Part shown: positions 16,845 through 26,257 of the stretch, one piece after another | How the letters are laid out: every line of letters begins with the position of its first letter | How positions within the stretch are numbered: position 1 is the stretch's first letter | Virus record (IMG/VR): IMGVR_UViG_3300033186_000010 | Span: 1 to 64,000 of that record | Length of the DNA: 64,000 nt | Direction: 5' to 3' (one strand) | DNA from: a virus | Translations under genes and position numbers: made by a program | Notes under the pieces: generated by a model | The model's database searches: none | Told to the model about the DNA's origin: nothing | What the model saw: only the letters and a program-made list of their open reading frames with translations

Positions 16845-18359
16845 ATGGCAGATTCTAGTAAAGTTAAAGTAAACGTAATCAGTAAAATAACTGGTGTTAC
16901 TGAGCCTGTACTGGGTGTTTCCTTCTTTATAGGTGAAACCCAAAGAGGGCCTGTAGGAGATCCAAAGGATCTTATTAAATCCTGGCCACAATTCCAGGCA
17001 TTATACGGTGGAGAACTTCTGACTAGTAAGTTTCCAACAATGATGAAAAGATATTTCGAATCAGGTGGTACTGCGAGGGTATGTAGGGTAGTTCCTTCAG
17101 ATGCTGCATTACCTGGCGATATCGATATCAAAAACGGAGAATCAACTCCGGATACCCTATTTAAACTTCAATCCAAGGAAATAGGAACTATCTCTCACGA
17201 CTGGGATATCTCTATTGAGGCTCCTAGTAATGGGGAAACTAATTACTTCGACTTGGTAATTGATCCAGGTGATGGTAGAGCAGAACACTACCGTAACTTG
17301 GTAATCGTGGGAAAAGACTTCGATGCTCAGGACCCTTATCACTTCTTGGACGATGTTATCGAAAGAAGTAAGTTAGTAACTCCAAAATATATTACTATCG
17401 ATTTTGATTCCATTGCCTCAACCGCACCAAAAGAGGATTCATATGAATTTGAAAATGGTGATAACGGAACTGCTCTTACTGCTGCGGGCTACACCAATAC
17501 TCATTTCAAAACCTTCGATAATTATTCGGAAGCATACCATATTGCTGTTCCGGGTATCTACGATGATGCAGTACATAAATTGGGAGTAAACTATGCCCAA
17601 CAACGTAAGGATTTATTCTATTTTGCTGAGTTGGATCCTGGTAAACTTACTCCCACAGAGATCAAAGCTGAAGCTACTTCGGTGGGTAGTAAATCCCAAT
17701 ATACCCGATATTTTACAGGTGCTTTAGAATATACCCAAAGAGGTAAGGATTCTACGGTGGGTAATATTGCCGATGTATGTTCTAAAGCTGTTATCAGTGA
17801 AATAGAATATAACCCATGGCTATCCTTCTCGGGAAGAAAACGTGGGGTATTGGCAAATGTAAATAAGGTGGTACCTAACTTTGGTTCACCAGCAAGTGTC
17901 CTTGATCTGGATGAATTGGCTAATGCCCAAATCAATGCGGTGGTACAAAGAGCTGGAGAGGTATATCTAACAGGTAACTTCACTGCCCTTAACTACAATG
18001 ACCAACAACAATGGGCTAACGTAGTTAAATTGGTTATGTACCTACGTAAAACTCTGGTACCTACTTTGGAGAATTATCTTGAGGAACCCAATGATATCCC
18101 AACATGGAGTACTATTTATTACACCATTAAACCTTTCTTCGACAGGTTATCAACTGGGCTTAACAGAGCTCTATTCGATTACTCTTGGGAGGGTGATCAA
18201 TTTGCCTCATCCTTAGATGATTTGCAAATAAATGATAAAGACGAAGTACTTCAGGGTAAATACAAAGTAAAGCTTACTATTACCCCAGTAGCAAGTATGC
18301 AGGAATTCAGCTTGGATATTATCCTGGATACTACTACAGGAACTGCTCAAATCGTTTAA
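16845..18359 (+). CDS. contractile tail sheath protein
   Basis: 504 aa, immediately upstream of a tube-sized gene. Downstream lie a chaperone, tape measure and baseplate genes of myovirus type. Confidence 0.7.
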   Translation: MADSSKVKVNVISKITGVTEPVLGVSFFIGETQRGPVGDPKDLIKSWPQFQALYGGELLTSKFPTMMKRYFESGGTARVCRVVPSDAALPGDIDIKNGESTPDTLFKLQSKEIGTISHDWDISIEAPSNGETNYFDLVIDPGDGRAEHYRNLVIVGKDFDAQDPYHFLDDVIERSKLVTPKYITIDFDSIASTAPKEDSYEFENGDNGTALTAAGYTNTHFKTFDNYSEAYHIAVPGIYDDAVHKLGVNYAQQRKDLFYFAELDPGKLTPTEIKAEATSVGSKSQYTRYFTGALEYTQRGKDSTVGNIADVCSKAVISEIEYNPWLSFSGRKRGVLANVNKVVPNFGSPASVLDLDELANAQINAVVQRAGEVYLTGNFTALNYNDQQQWANVVKLVMYLRKTLVPTLENYLEEPNDIPTWSTIYYTIKPFFDRLSTGLNRALFDYSWEGDQFASSLDDLQINDKDEVLQGKYKVKLTITPVASMQEFSLDIILDTTTGTAQIV

Positions 18360-18379
18360 TCTCTATAAATCCTTAAGAT

Positions 18380-18844
18380 ATGGCTGAAAAAGTAGATCCA
18401 AGGAAGAAGCATAACTTTTCGATATCAATAGCACCGGACCCAATTAATCCGATGCTATTTCAGAAAGTAACTCTTCCTGACATGGATATAGCAGTGGCAG
18501 AACATGGCCACACAAACCACAACATTAAAACAGGTGGTAGAGTATCTTTCTCAAACCTATTGGCTGAGAAACTTCTTTCTTCTAAAGAAGCTGATACCTA
18601 CATGTGGAACTGGGCAGCATCAGTTGCCGATCCTCTTATTGGGGGTGGAACCATTCCCGAAATTTATAAAAAGGTAATAATCGTAACGGAGTTTGCAGAA
18701 GATGGAACAACTCCTGTCGATCAACACATTTATGAAGGTTGCTGGCCTTGTAAAATAAACGGGCAAGAATTAGACCGGATGAGTGATGCCGATAACTCAA
18801 TTGAATCAGTTGAGTTTTGTGTAGACACCGGCCATAAACTTTAA
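18380..18844 (+). CDS. tail tube protein
   Basis: 154 aa following the sheath. The N-terminal HNFSISI...FQKVTLPDMDIAV resembles contractile tail tube families. Confidence 0.6.
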   Translation: MAEKVDPRKKHNFSISIAPDPINPMLFQKVTLPDMDIAVAEHGHTNHNIKTGGRVSFSNLLAEKLLSSKEADTYMWNWAASVADPLIGGGTIPEIYKKVIIVTEFAEDGTTPVDQHIYEGCWPCKINGQELDRMSDADNSIESVEFCVDTGHKL

Positions 18845-18873
18845 TCCATCTGTAAGTAGTTTAGTTAGCTAGG

Positions 18874-18898
18874 CCTTCCCCTACGGGGGAGGGTTTTT
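18874..18898 (+). terminator. rho-independent terminator after the tube gene
   Basis: CCTTCCCC-TACG-GGGGAGGG: 8-bp stem with one G-T wobble, followed by TTTTT. Confidence 0.7.
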
Positions 18899-18948
18899 CT
18901 CTATTCTACTTATCAGTGTTTTATAACTTAACTAAACTTACAGTAAAA

Positions 18949-19716
18949 ATGGACATTAAAATTAACACCAAGGAATTTTATGTTCCTTCAGGAATCAAGG
19001 CTGTCATCAGAGAACAGAATGGAAATGATGACGAGGTAATCACAAGAACTTCAGATGTTAAAGCTCACCTTGCTTTTAACAAATTTATCCAAGGAATTCT
19101 AGTAGAATGGAATGGGGAGTCTAATGTGAAATTACAACAAGTAAAAGAAATGCGACTACGTGATAAATATTATATCCTGTTGCAATCCAGAATCTTCTCA
19201 TTAGGAGCAGACTTCCATTTTAATTGGGACTGGGAAGGAAAAGGTAATCCAACCGAATATGCCGAAGACCTTAACAAATACACCTTTGACTATTCAAAGC
19301 CTGAAACATTTCCACATACCCCAGATGAAGAAGGATATTTCCAATTCTTAATTCCTCCATACAAAAGCCAAGATAAACATCATGAGTTCACCACTAGGTC
19401 AGGTAAAACCCTAAGATTTAGATACCAAGATGGACTTTCTGAAATGTATATGATGGAAGCAACTGAGGAAACCAATACTCAGAACACTGAGCTTTATGCA
19501 AGGGGTTTAGAAATGAAATTGGATGGTAATGATACCTGGATTAAGGTAGCCAGTTTCAAAAACTTCTCAGCTAGGGATATGAGAGAAATCCGTACTCAGG
19601 TAAAAATCCATGACCCAGCTGCAGAATTAATCACACAAATCGAAAGTGATAAAGGAGAAATACAAAACATTCCGTTAGTGATGATCGGGGATTTCTACTT
19701 TCCGGTGGAGATTTAA
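18949..19716 (+). CDS. tail assembly chaperone candidate (by position)
   Basis: Start trimmed to the ATG at 18949 (MDIKINTKEF). Lies between the tube and tape measure genes. Confidence 0.4.
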   Translation: MDIKINTKEFYVPSGIKAVIREQNGNDDEVITRTSDVKAHLAFNKFIQGILVEWNGESNVKLQQVKEMRLRDKYYILLQSRIFSLGADFHFNWDWEGKGNPTEYAEDLNKYTFDYSKPETFPHTPDEEGYFQFLIPPYKSQDKHHEFTTRSGKTLRFRYQDGLSEMYMMEATEETNTQNTELYARGLEMKLDGNDTWIKVASFKNFSARDMREIRTQVKIHDPAAELITQIESDKGEIQNIPLVMIGDFYFPVEI

Positions 19717-19748
19717 AGCGGGAATGGTTTTATCTACTTCAGAATAAG

Positions 19749-19877
19749 ATGAACTTTTCATGGAGTGAATTCCTATCTCTTCCGGTTACAGAGAGGGTAG
19801 GCTTCCTCAAAATCTGTGATGATAACCAAGCCTTCATAGAAAAAGAACTCAACAAAGTTAAACTAAAAAGAAACTAA
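19749..19877 (+). CDS. small ORF, or -1 frame extension of the chaperone gene
   Basis: Hand-translated 42-aa ORF MNFSWSEFLSLPVTERVGFLKICDDNQAFIEKELNKVKLKRN. It is in the -1 frame relative to 18949..19716, and that frame is open from 19653. Confidence 0.3.
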   Translation: MNFSWSEFLSLPVTERVGFLKICDDNQAFIEKELNKVKLKRN

Positions 19878-19883
19878 TATAAC

Positions 19884-21992
19884 ATGATAGGATCTAGCTC
19901 AACTATAGGTATTGGAGTTGGGATGTTTCTTAGGGACCAATTCTCTGGTCCCTCAAGAACTATCAAGGCTAATGCTCAGTCATTACGTAGGGAAATGAAA
20001 GAATGGGAGAAAGCCCAACTTACTACTGTACGTAATGTTAATGCTGCATGGGCCATGACTGGTGTTGCTGCAATACGAGGAATGGCTCAGTGGACTAAGG
20101 TAGGAGCCCAATTCGGATATACCATGAAATTCGTTGAGGCTGTAACCAAAAAGGCAGGCCCAGTAACTAATGCTGAGCTTATGAGATTAGATTCTACGGC
20201 TCTAAAACTGGGCCGTAGTACTATGTTTACTGCCCAACAGGTTGCATCTGCAGAACACTTCATGGCTAAAGCCGGTATGTCTGCACAGGAGATCCTAACA
20301 AGTTTGAAATCAACCGTAGATTTAGCAGGGGCAACTGGTACCTCACTTGGAGGGGTAGGGGGAGCTGCTGATATTATGACTAACATAATGAGGGCATTTG
20401 ATATCCCTACTGCTCAGGCTGGTAGGGTATCAGATATCTTGGTAACTGCTACCAATGCTGCCAACGTTACACTTCCTATGTTGGGAGAATCTACAAAATA
20501 TGCTGCTAATACATTACACCAGCTTAATGTAGGCCTAGAAGATACTGCTGCAATGTTCATGTTAATGGGTAATGCGGGTATCCAAGGTTCCATGGCTGGT
20601 ACTGCTGTTGATAATAGTTTCAGGTATTTATCTAAAACTTTAACTGAGTTTGCAACAGGTAGACAAAGCAAGGCTCTGAGTATTCTAGGGTTGGGGATGG
20701 AAGATCTTAAAACCCGATCTGGGGAATTAAAACCTGTATCTGAGATATTTAAAATCATCGGACAACAGGCTCAGAATCTTGGTACCCTTGAAAAACAAGG
20801 GGTAGTTGAGGCTATCTTTGGAGTACGTGGTAAACGTAATGCTCTGATGATGATCAACTCAATGACCAACTATGATAAGCTACTCAAGAAAGTAAAAGAG
20901 GATTCACCAGGTGAGGCTGCCCGATTAATGAGCGAGATGATGGACAGTTTACAGGGTAATATAATGGAGGCTACCTCTGCTATTGAAACCTTTAAAGTTG
21001 CCTTCACTAAAGGGGTTGAACCAGTACTTAAGCCTATGCTTAAACTATTTACTGGGGTAATGGATGTACTGGTGGGTATTATAAATACTCCAGTAATAGG
21101 TCCCGGTTTAGTAACCATGGTTGGGCTATGGATTTCTGTTAAAACCGCTGCTACCGCCTACAGGGCCGTAAAAGCAGGACTAAGAGTTATATCCTTAAAT
21201 AACCAAACTGCATTCTCATCAAGGGTAAGATCCACAGTAGCTGGTTATGCAAGGATGTCAGCAGCTGCAAAATCCTATGGTATGTCAGCTGGGGCCACTC
21301 AAATGGCGGGAATGCCAGGAATGGCTGGTATGACAAGGTACGGGGCATTTAGATCCGCTCTTGCTGCTAGAGGGGTACAGTCTGTAACTCCGATGGCAAC
21401 TAGGGGAGGTATGAGATATATGGCTAGATATGCAGGGGGCGGAACAGGATTTGCTTCCAGAACTATGGCTGTACAAGCTCGATACATGGCAATGCATGGA
21501 TCTAAGATTGGTACTCTTGCTAGGGTAGGATCTAGAATGGTGGGACCTTTATCTAAATTAGCTCCACTATTTGGTAGGGCTTTAGGATTCTTAGGAGGAC
21601 CATGGGGTATGGCAATTAGCTTCTTATTGCCCGGTGCTATCAACCTACTTACTAAGGCTTTGGGTAAAAATACTAAAGCTCAGGAGGACGAAGCAAGGCA
21701 AAGGAGATTATCTATCCCAAAGGGAGCTTATACCTATCAGTCTGATTTTGATTACCGAAAAACAGATGAAATAAAAACCTACAAAACCATGGGTGATGCT
21801 ATTGCAGTTGCCCGAGATATGGTGGAAGTAGTTCAAAAAGGGGCATTAGCTTCGGATATGGGATTCCAACAAACACGTCAGGGTAGGGATTTAATCCTAA
21901 TGTTACCTGATGGTGAAACTATATTTAGAGCCCCACTTGATAACCTTATTCAAAACGAATTAGATAATAGCTTAGGAAACTTAAGTGAATAA
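19884..21992 (+). CDS. tail tape measure protein
   Basis: 702 aa. TP901-type core pattern STMFTAQQVASAEHFMAKAGMSAQEIL...VDLAGATG, with a Gly/Ala/Met-rich hydrophobic C-terminal half. Confidence 0.85.
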   Translation: MIGSSSTIGIGVGMFLRDQFSGPSRTIKANAQSLRREMKEWEKAQLTTVRNVNAAWAMTGVAAIRGMAQWTKVGAQFGYTMKFVEAVTKKAGPVTNAELMRLDSTALKLGRSTMFTAQQVASAEHFMAKAGMSAQEILTSLKSTVDLAGATGTSLGGVGGAADIMTNIMRAFDIPTAQAGRVSDILVTATNAANVTLPMLGESTKYAANTLHQLNVGLEDTAAMFMLMGNAGIQGSMAGTAVDNSFRYLSKTLTEFATGRQSKALSILGLGMEDLKTRSGELKPVSEIFKIIGQQAQNLGTLEKQGVVEAIFGVRGKRNALMMINSMTNYDKLLKKVKEDSPGEAARLMSEMMDSLQGNIMEATSAIETFKVAFTKGVEPVLKPMLKLFTGVMDVLVGIINTPVIGPGLVTMVGLWISVKTAATAYRAVKAGLRVISLNNQTAFSSRVRSTVAGYARMSAAAKSYGMSAGATQMAGMPGMAGMTRYGAFRSALAARGVQSVTPMATRGGMRYMARYAGGGTGFASRTMAVQARYMAMHGSKIGTLARVGSRMVGPLSKLAPLFGRALGFLGGPWGMAISFLLPGAINLLTKALGKNTKAQEDEARQRRLSIPKGAYTYQSDFDYRKTDEIKTYKTMGDAIAVARDMVEVVQKGALASDMGFQQTRQGRDLILMLPDGETIFRAPLDNLIQNELDNSLGNLSE

Positions 21993-21994
21993 TC

Positions 21995-22750
21995 ATGGCA
22001 GCAAGAATACCAAGAATAGATAAACTCAATAAGCTTAAAGAGATACACAAGTTTACAGGATATGGTCAGAGAGCTTCTATCCTCGTAACAAGGGCTTTAG
22101 GTAAGAGCCGTATAAGACCAAGTGTAAAGCCTTATAAGCAGGACCATCAGGATATAATAAATGAGAGTAGACAGGAGGGACAGAAGGTAACTTTTGATGA
22201 GCCTTTAAGAGCTGACATCGATAAGATTACTATCTTTGACTTAGATGTTAAAACTGCTAAGGTTGGGGAAAGAAAATATCAATATCTCGAACTTCCCTTT
22301 ATCCCCGATGAAGTAAACATGGATCCTGCTTCAACATTCAAAGCTATTGCCTCACCAGGTAGGAATAATCCTCATTACCAATATAATGGTTCTGAGGATA
22401 CTTTGGAGTTTACAGTACAATGGTTTGCTAAGCAAGAGGATAGAAAGGATGTTATACAGAATTGCAGATGGTTGGAGGCTTTAACTAAAGCTGATGGTTA
22501 TTCAGAGGATCCCCATAAAGTAAGAATAATGTGGGGAAGAAATGCAACACTATTCGATAAGGATCAATGGCTATTAGTACATGCCCCATATAAATTAACC
22601 CAGTTCATTAATGGGTACAAAGGTAAGAACGGAGAATTCGTTAGTACTGATTTACTTCCACAAATGGCTGAGCAAAAACTAACTTTTAAAAGAGTGGCAA
22701 GAACCAACAGAACAGCTAAAGAAATAATAACCGACATAAATTCTTCATAG
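21995..22750 (+). CDS. hypothetical tail/baseplate protein
   Basis: 251-aa ORF between the tape measure and the LysM protein. Confidence 0.45.
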   Translation: MAARIPRIDKLNKLKEIHKFTGYGQRASILVTRALGKSRIRPSVKPYKQDHQDIINESRQEGQKVTFDEPLRADIDKITIFDLDVKTAKVGERKYQYLELPFIPDEVNMDPASTFKAIASPGRNNPHYQYNGSEDTLEFTVQWFAKQEDRKDVIQNCRWLEALTKADGYSEDPHKVRIMWGRNATLFDKDQWLLVHAPYKLTQFINGYKGKNGEFVSTDLLPQMAEQKLTFKRVARTNRTAKEIITDINSS

Positions 22751-22751
22751 T

Positions 22752-23021
22752 ATGAGCACCAGGACAATGTATGACAGAAGTTTTATAGTACATTATAAAG
22801 AGGGGGATTCCTCACTTGAGATAATCCCTGAAAACTATATACCGACTGAGTCTGATAAAATCCACAAGGTAGTAGAGGGGGATACACTGGTTAGAATTGC
22901 AGAGGACTTTTATGGTACACCAGAACCATGGTTCATTATAATGCAGGCCAATGATATCATTCAGCCTTGGGATTTAACACCCGGTCAAGTATTAATAATT
23001 CCAACTATAGAAAATGAGTAG
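22752..23021 (+). CDS. LysM-domain tail protein (P2 gpX-like)
   Basis: HKVVEGDTLVRIAEDFYGTPEPWFIIMQANDI...PGQVLIIP is a LysM motif. 89 aa, in the position typical of gpX. Confidence 0.8.
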   Translation: MSTRTMYDRSFIVHYKEGDSSLEIIPENYIPTESDKIHKVVEGDTLVRIAEDFYGTPEPWFIIMQANDIIQPWDLTPGQVLIIPTIENE

Positions 23022-24966
23022 TGTAATTAAGAGGGGGTATGGCACCCCCTTTGTTGTTGTATACAACTCCGAGAAAAAAGCTTTGGCTGCCAACGAATCC
23101 ACTGCTAAGGCTTTTATCACCAATTTCCTATATAAATATAAAGAGGACGATGATGATGAATGTACCATTTCCATCTTCCTCCGGAATCATCAGGAAATTG
23201 ACAGAATGAAAATCAAACACCGAACTAAACTATTCCTAAGATGGGGATGGTTAAAAGTAGCTGATTCCGGTATCCTCCCAGTAACTGTCAAATCATTCAA
23301 GAGAAGGTACAGCGTAGGAGGCGTATTTTACATTATAACTTGCTCTGATCTAGTATCCCAATTGAAATACACCAAAGATAATAACACAAAGAAAACTACT
23401 TTGCTAGAATATCTGGAGGAAATTACAAGTGGAAGATATAATCTCAGAATAGAGAATCAGGGAAAACTGATATATAATCGACCAATAAAAGTACATGAAC
23501 TTAAGCCTACCGAGATACCCCATGCTGATGCGGGTAATGTAGAAGCTGATGAAGATTATGCTCAAAGGTTCAGGAGTATATATGCAGATACTACTCAGGA
23601 TTGGGATAAACTATCAGACTTGGAAAAAGCTAGGGCCAACAAAAAAGAGATAGTTAACCAGCTAGGAATTGAAACTAAAAAGGTTAAGAAACTAACCGAA
23701 GATATTCCATATGAGGAAAGAGATGTTTTGGGAATTGCTGATGCAAGGTATAAGATATTACAACTCAAATATCAAGAATCCCAAGTGGATAAGGAAATAG
23801 AAGATCTTACAGCTCTATCTGAGAAAAGGGAATTAAACTCTATCTTCGGTAGATTCATATCAGCCAAACCCTTAGAAATGGTACCGTTCTCATCATCTCC
23901 TTATCAGATGATAGAATCACACTTAAAGAGTGCTCCAGATGGGCCATGGTATATTGATGGTACTGGGGATACTCTATTAATCCATAACCGTCACCTAGAA
24001 AGAGATCCTAGGTATAGTTATGGGTACCGAGAAGAGCCTGGGGATTTATTGGAATTTACTCCGGATATGAAATTCAAACCCAACCGAATTAACAACTATC
24101 TCAGGACAACTGCTTTGGATGAAACTAAGGGATTCACCACTATGTATCACTATCTTCATGCTCTTAAAAACCTGAGACCTCTTCCCGAAATACTTGCTGA
24201 TCCCGATATTGGGGATTATATGAAAGCCGACGAAGTTAGGACTTGGTACATGGCTTACTTAGCCCATGATAAATATGGGATATTCCAAAGGGTGGAATCT
24301 ATTAAGGAATACCCAGATGGAAAAAGGCCTGAAGAGAAACCGGAAGATTGGGAAGGATTGGATAACACTATACTGGGTAAACTGGATTTACACAGGGTAT
24401 ACGTAAGACGAGAGGAAGATGCTGATGCTGAGAGGGATTCTATCTCCAATAAGCAAAGAGAGGTGGATATGGAAAAGAGTAAAGCCACTCTTAAAATCAT
24501 TGGTAACCCTATCCTAAAAAACAAGGATACTCTATATATCCATAACGTTTCCTCTGAAGATCTTGGTAATTATTACATAAAGGAAATCGAACATCACATT
24601 TCACCAACTTCCGAATACACCTGTACAGGGGAATTAATAAAAGCTATCCCATTCAGTGGTATCACTTCGGTTATAAATCCTACTAAGGTGGATAAAGAGG
24701 GTAAGATTATCGAGGAAGATTATAAGAAAAGGTATGACCGAGAAAAGATGATATTCAAACCTGGTGTTAGGATTAGTAGCATTGACTTAGGTAGTACCTA
24801 TGCAGCTGGTACAGGGGGATATGATGCCTCGGTTAATTACACTGGGGATATAGTAAATGCTATAGATATCCTAGATAACCCAGATCAACCTCTGGACTTA
24901 AACGTTAAAACCCTAATCGATAAATACAATGAGGGAGATACTAAAACCAACGTAGAAAATTACTAA
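23014..24966 (+). CDS. baseplate hub / late control gpD-like protein (by position)
   Basis: 650 aa, between gpX-like and gpV-like genes. Confidence 0.45.
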   Translation: MSSVIKRGYGTPFVVVYNSEKKALAANESTAKAFITNFLYKYKEDDDDECTISIFLRNHQEIDRMKIKHRTKLFLRWGWLKVADSGILPVTVKSFKRRYSVGGVFYIITCSDLVSQLKYTKDNNTKKTTLLEYLEEITSGRYNLRIENQGKLIYNRPIKVHELKPTEIPHADAGNVEADEDYAQRFRSIYADTTQDWDKLSDLEKARANKKEIVNQLGIETKKVKKLTEDIPYEERDVLGIADARYKILQLKYQESQVDKEIEDLTALSEKRELNSIFGRFISAKPLEMVPFSSSPYQMIESHLKSAPDGPWYIDGTGDTLLIHNRHLERDPRYSYGYREEPGDLLEFTPDMKFKPNRINNYLRTTALDETKGFTTMYHYLHALKNLRPLPEILADPDIGDYMKADEVRTWYMAYLAHDKYGIFQRVESIKEYPDGKRPEEKPEDWEGLDNTILGKLDLHRVYVRREEDADAERDSISNKQREVDMEKSKATLKIIGNPILKNKDTLYIHNVSSEDLGNYYIKEIEHHISPTSEYTCTGELIKAIPFSGITSVINPTKVDKEGKIIEEDYKKRYDREKMIFKPGVRISSIDLGSTYAAGTGGYDASVNYTGDIVNAIDILDNPDQPLDLNVKTLIDKYNEGDTKTNVENY

Positions 24967-24967
24967 T

Positions 24968-25849
24968 ATGCAATCACTAAAAAGCTTTTTTAAATCACTA
25001 CTATACCATGGCTTGGAATCATTCGGTAAATATTATTCCACTTACCAAGCCTTGGTAACAAATGTAGATGATCCAGAGAATAGAAATAGGATCAAGGTAA
25101 TCATCCCAAATATTACCCAGAAAACTGAGCATACTAAATGGGTAGTTGCTAAGAGTCAATTCTCTGGAAAAGACTATGGGGCCCATGTACTACCAAATGT
25201 TGGGGACTTGGTAGAGGTATCATTTGATTATGGGGATGTAAGATTTCCAAGATGGGAATTCTCTGGATACCTACGGGATGAGAAACCTGAGGAATTCATA
25301 GCAGGTAGCTACGGATTTAAAACTCCAGGTGGTCACATGGTAATCTTAAATGATACTGACAATATTATTGGAGTTACTCACAAAGACGGGGCAATACTTA
25401 GAATTGAAAAAGAGAGAATTCTAGTAGAACACTCAGATACATGCAACATTATTCTACATGATGAATATATTAAAGCACTATACGGGGAGAAAACTATCGA
25501 GGTAAATACAGACAAAATTCATATTACCCACTCAGATGGTAGGGATATCTTAATGGACCCCAATAATGTGGCTATTAATCATTCCGATGGTAGGGATATC
25601 TTAATGAGCAAGGATAACATCACTGTTAATGGTGGAGAACAATTGGGAGTACCATTATCCCAGAAAGTGGTAGATAAACTTAATGCTCTGGAGAAAGCTC
25701 ATAACAAACTGGCTACTGATTATAAAACACATACCCATACCTCTTCTTCACCCGGATCACCTACTTCACCCTTGGTTAAGCCATATACTGAGACTAATCT
25801 CCAAGAAACTAAAACTCAGGACATTGCAAATGAAACCTTGATCCAATAG
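24968..25849 (+). CDS. baseplate spike protein (gpV / gp5 OB-fold type)
   Basis: VGDLVEVSFDYGDVRFPRW is an OB-fold motif. An internal 51-nt duplication (25535-25555 and 25586-25606 are identical) encodes HSDGRDILM beta-helix-like repeats. Confidence 0.7.
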   Translation: MQSLKSFFKSLLYHGLESFGKYYSTYQALVTNVDDPENRNRIKVIIPNITQKTEHTKWVVAKSQFSGKDYGAHVLPNVGDLVEVSFDYGDVRFPRWEFSGYLRDEKPEEFIAGSYGFKTPGGHMVILNDTDNIIGVTHKDGAILRIEKERILVEHSDTCNIILHDEYIKALYGEKTIEVNTDKIHITHSDGRDILMDPNNVAINHSDGRDILMSKDNITVNGGEQLGVPLSQKVVDKLNALEKAHNKLATDYKTHTHTSSSPGSPTSPLVKPYTETNLQETKTQDIANETLIQ

Positions 25850-25886
25850 GTAGAGACCAGGATCACTAAATTTAAATATAAACGTT

Positions 25887-26255
25887 ATGGCTTTTGAATA
25901 TAAAGGAATAGCCTATCCCTGGATACTAACCAATGGTAAACTCGAATTGAGCAGTACCAATGAGATGATAAAGAGCTCACTGAGTATACTGTTAAGCTGG
26001 GAGATAAGGCAAAGGTATAGAAGAACTAATTACGGATCGAGGATCCCAACTATCTTAGAAGAACCCAATGACTTCACTACACAGGCATTGATCAGGTTCT
26101 TCATAATCGATGTGGTGGAACTATGGGAACCTAGGGTTGAATTCCAAAAGGTAATTACTTCTAGGGTGGATGCAACTTCTATCTCAGCTACCATCCAGTA
26201 TATAATATTACCAACCAACGAACCTGATACATTAACTACTTTAATAAACTTGTAA
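25887..26255 (+). CDS. baseplate wedge protein, GPW/gp25 family
   Basis: 122 aa. The pattern IKSSLSILLSWEIRQRYRRTNYGSRIPTILEEPND is typical of gp25-like proteins. Confidence 0.75.
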   Translation: MAFEYKGIAYPWILTNGKLELSSTNEMIKSSLSILLSWEIRQRYRRTNYGSRIPTILEEPNDFTTQALIRFFIIDVVELWEPRVEFQKVITSRVDATSISATIQYIILPTNEPDTLTTLINL

Positions 26256-26257
26256 AG

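Noticed and set aside
20087-21643. Five minus-strand ORFs inside the tape measure gene
   Set aside because: They are antisense shadows of a long Ala/Gly-rich gene whose identity is well supported. There are no independent signals.
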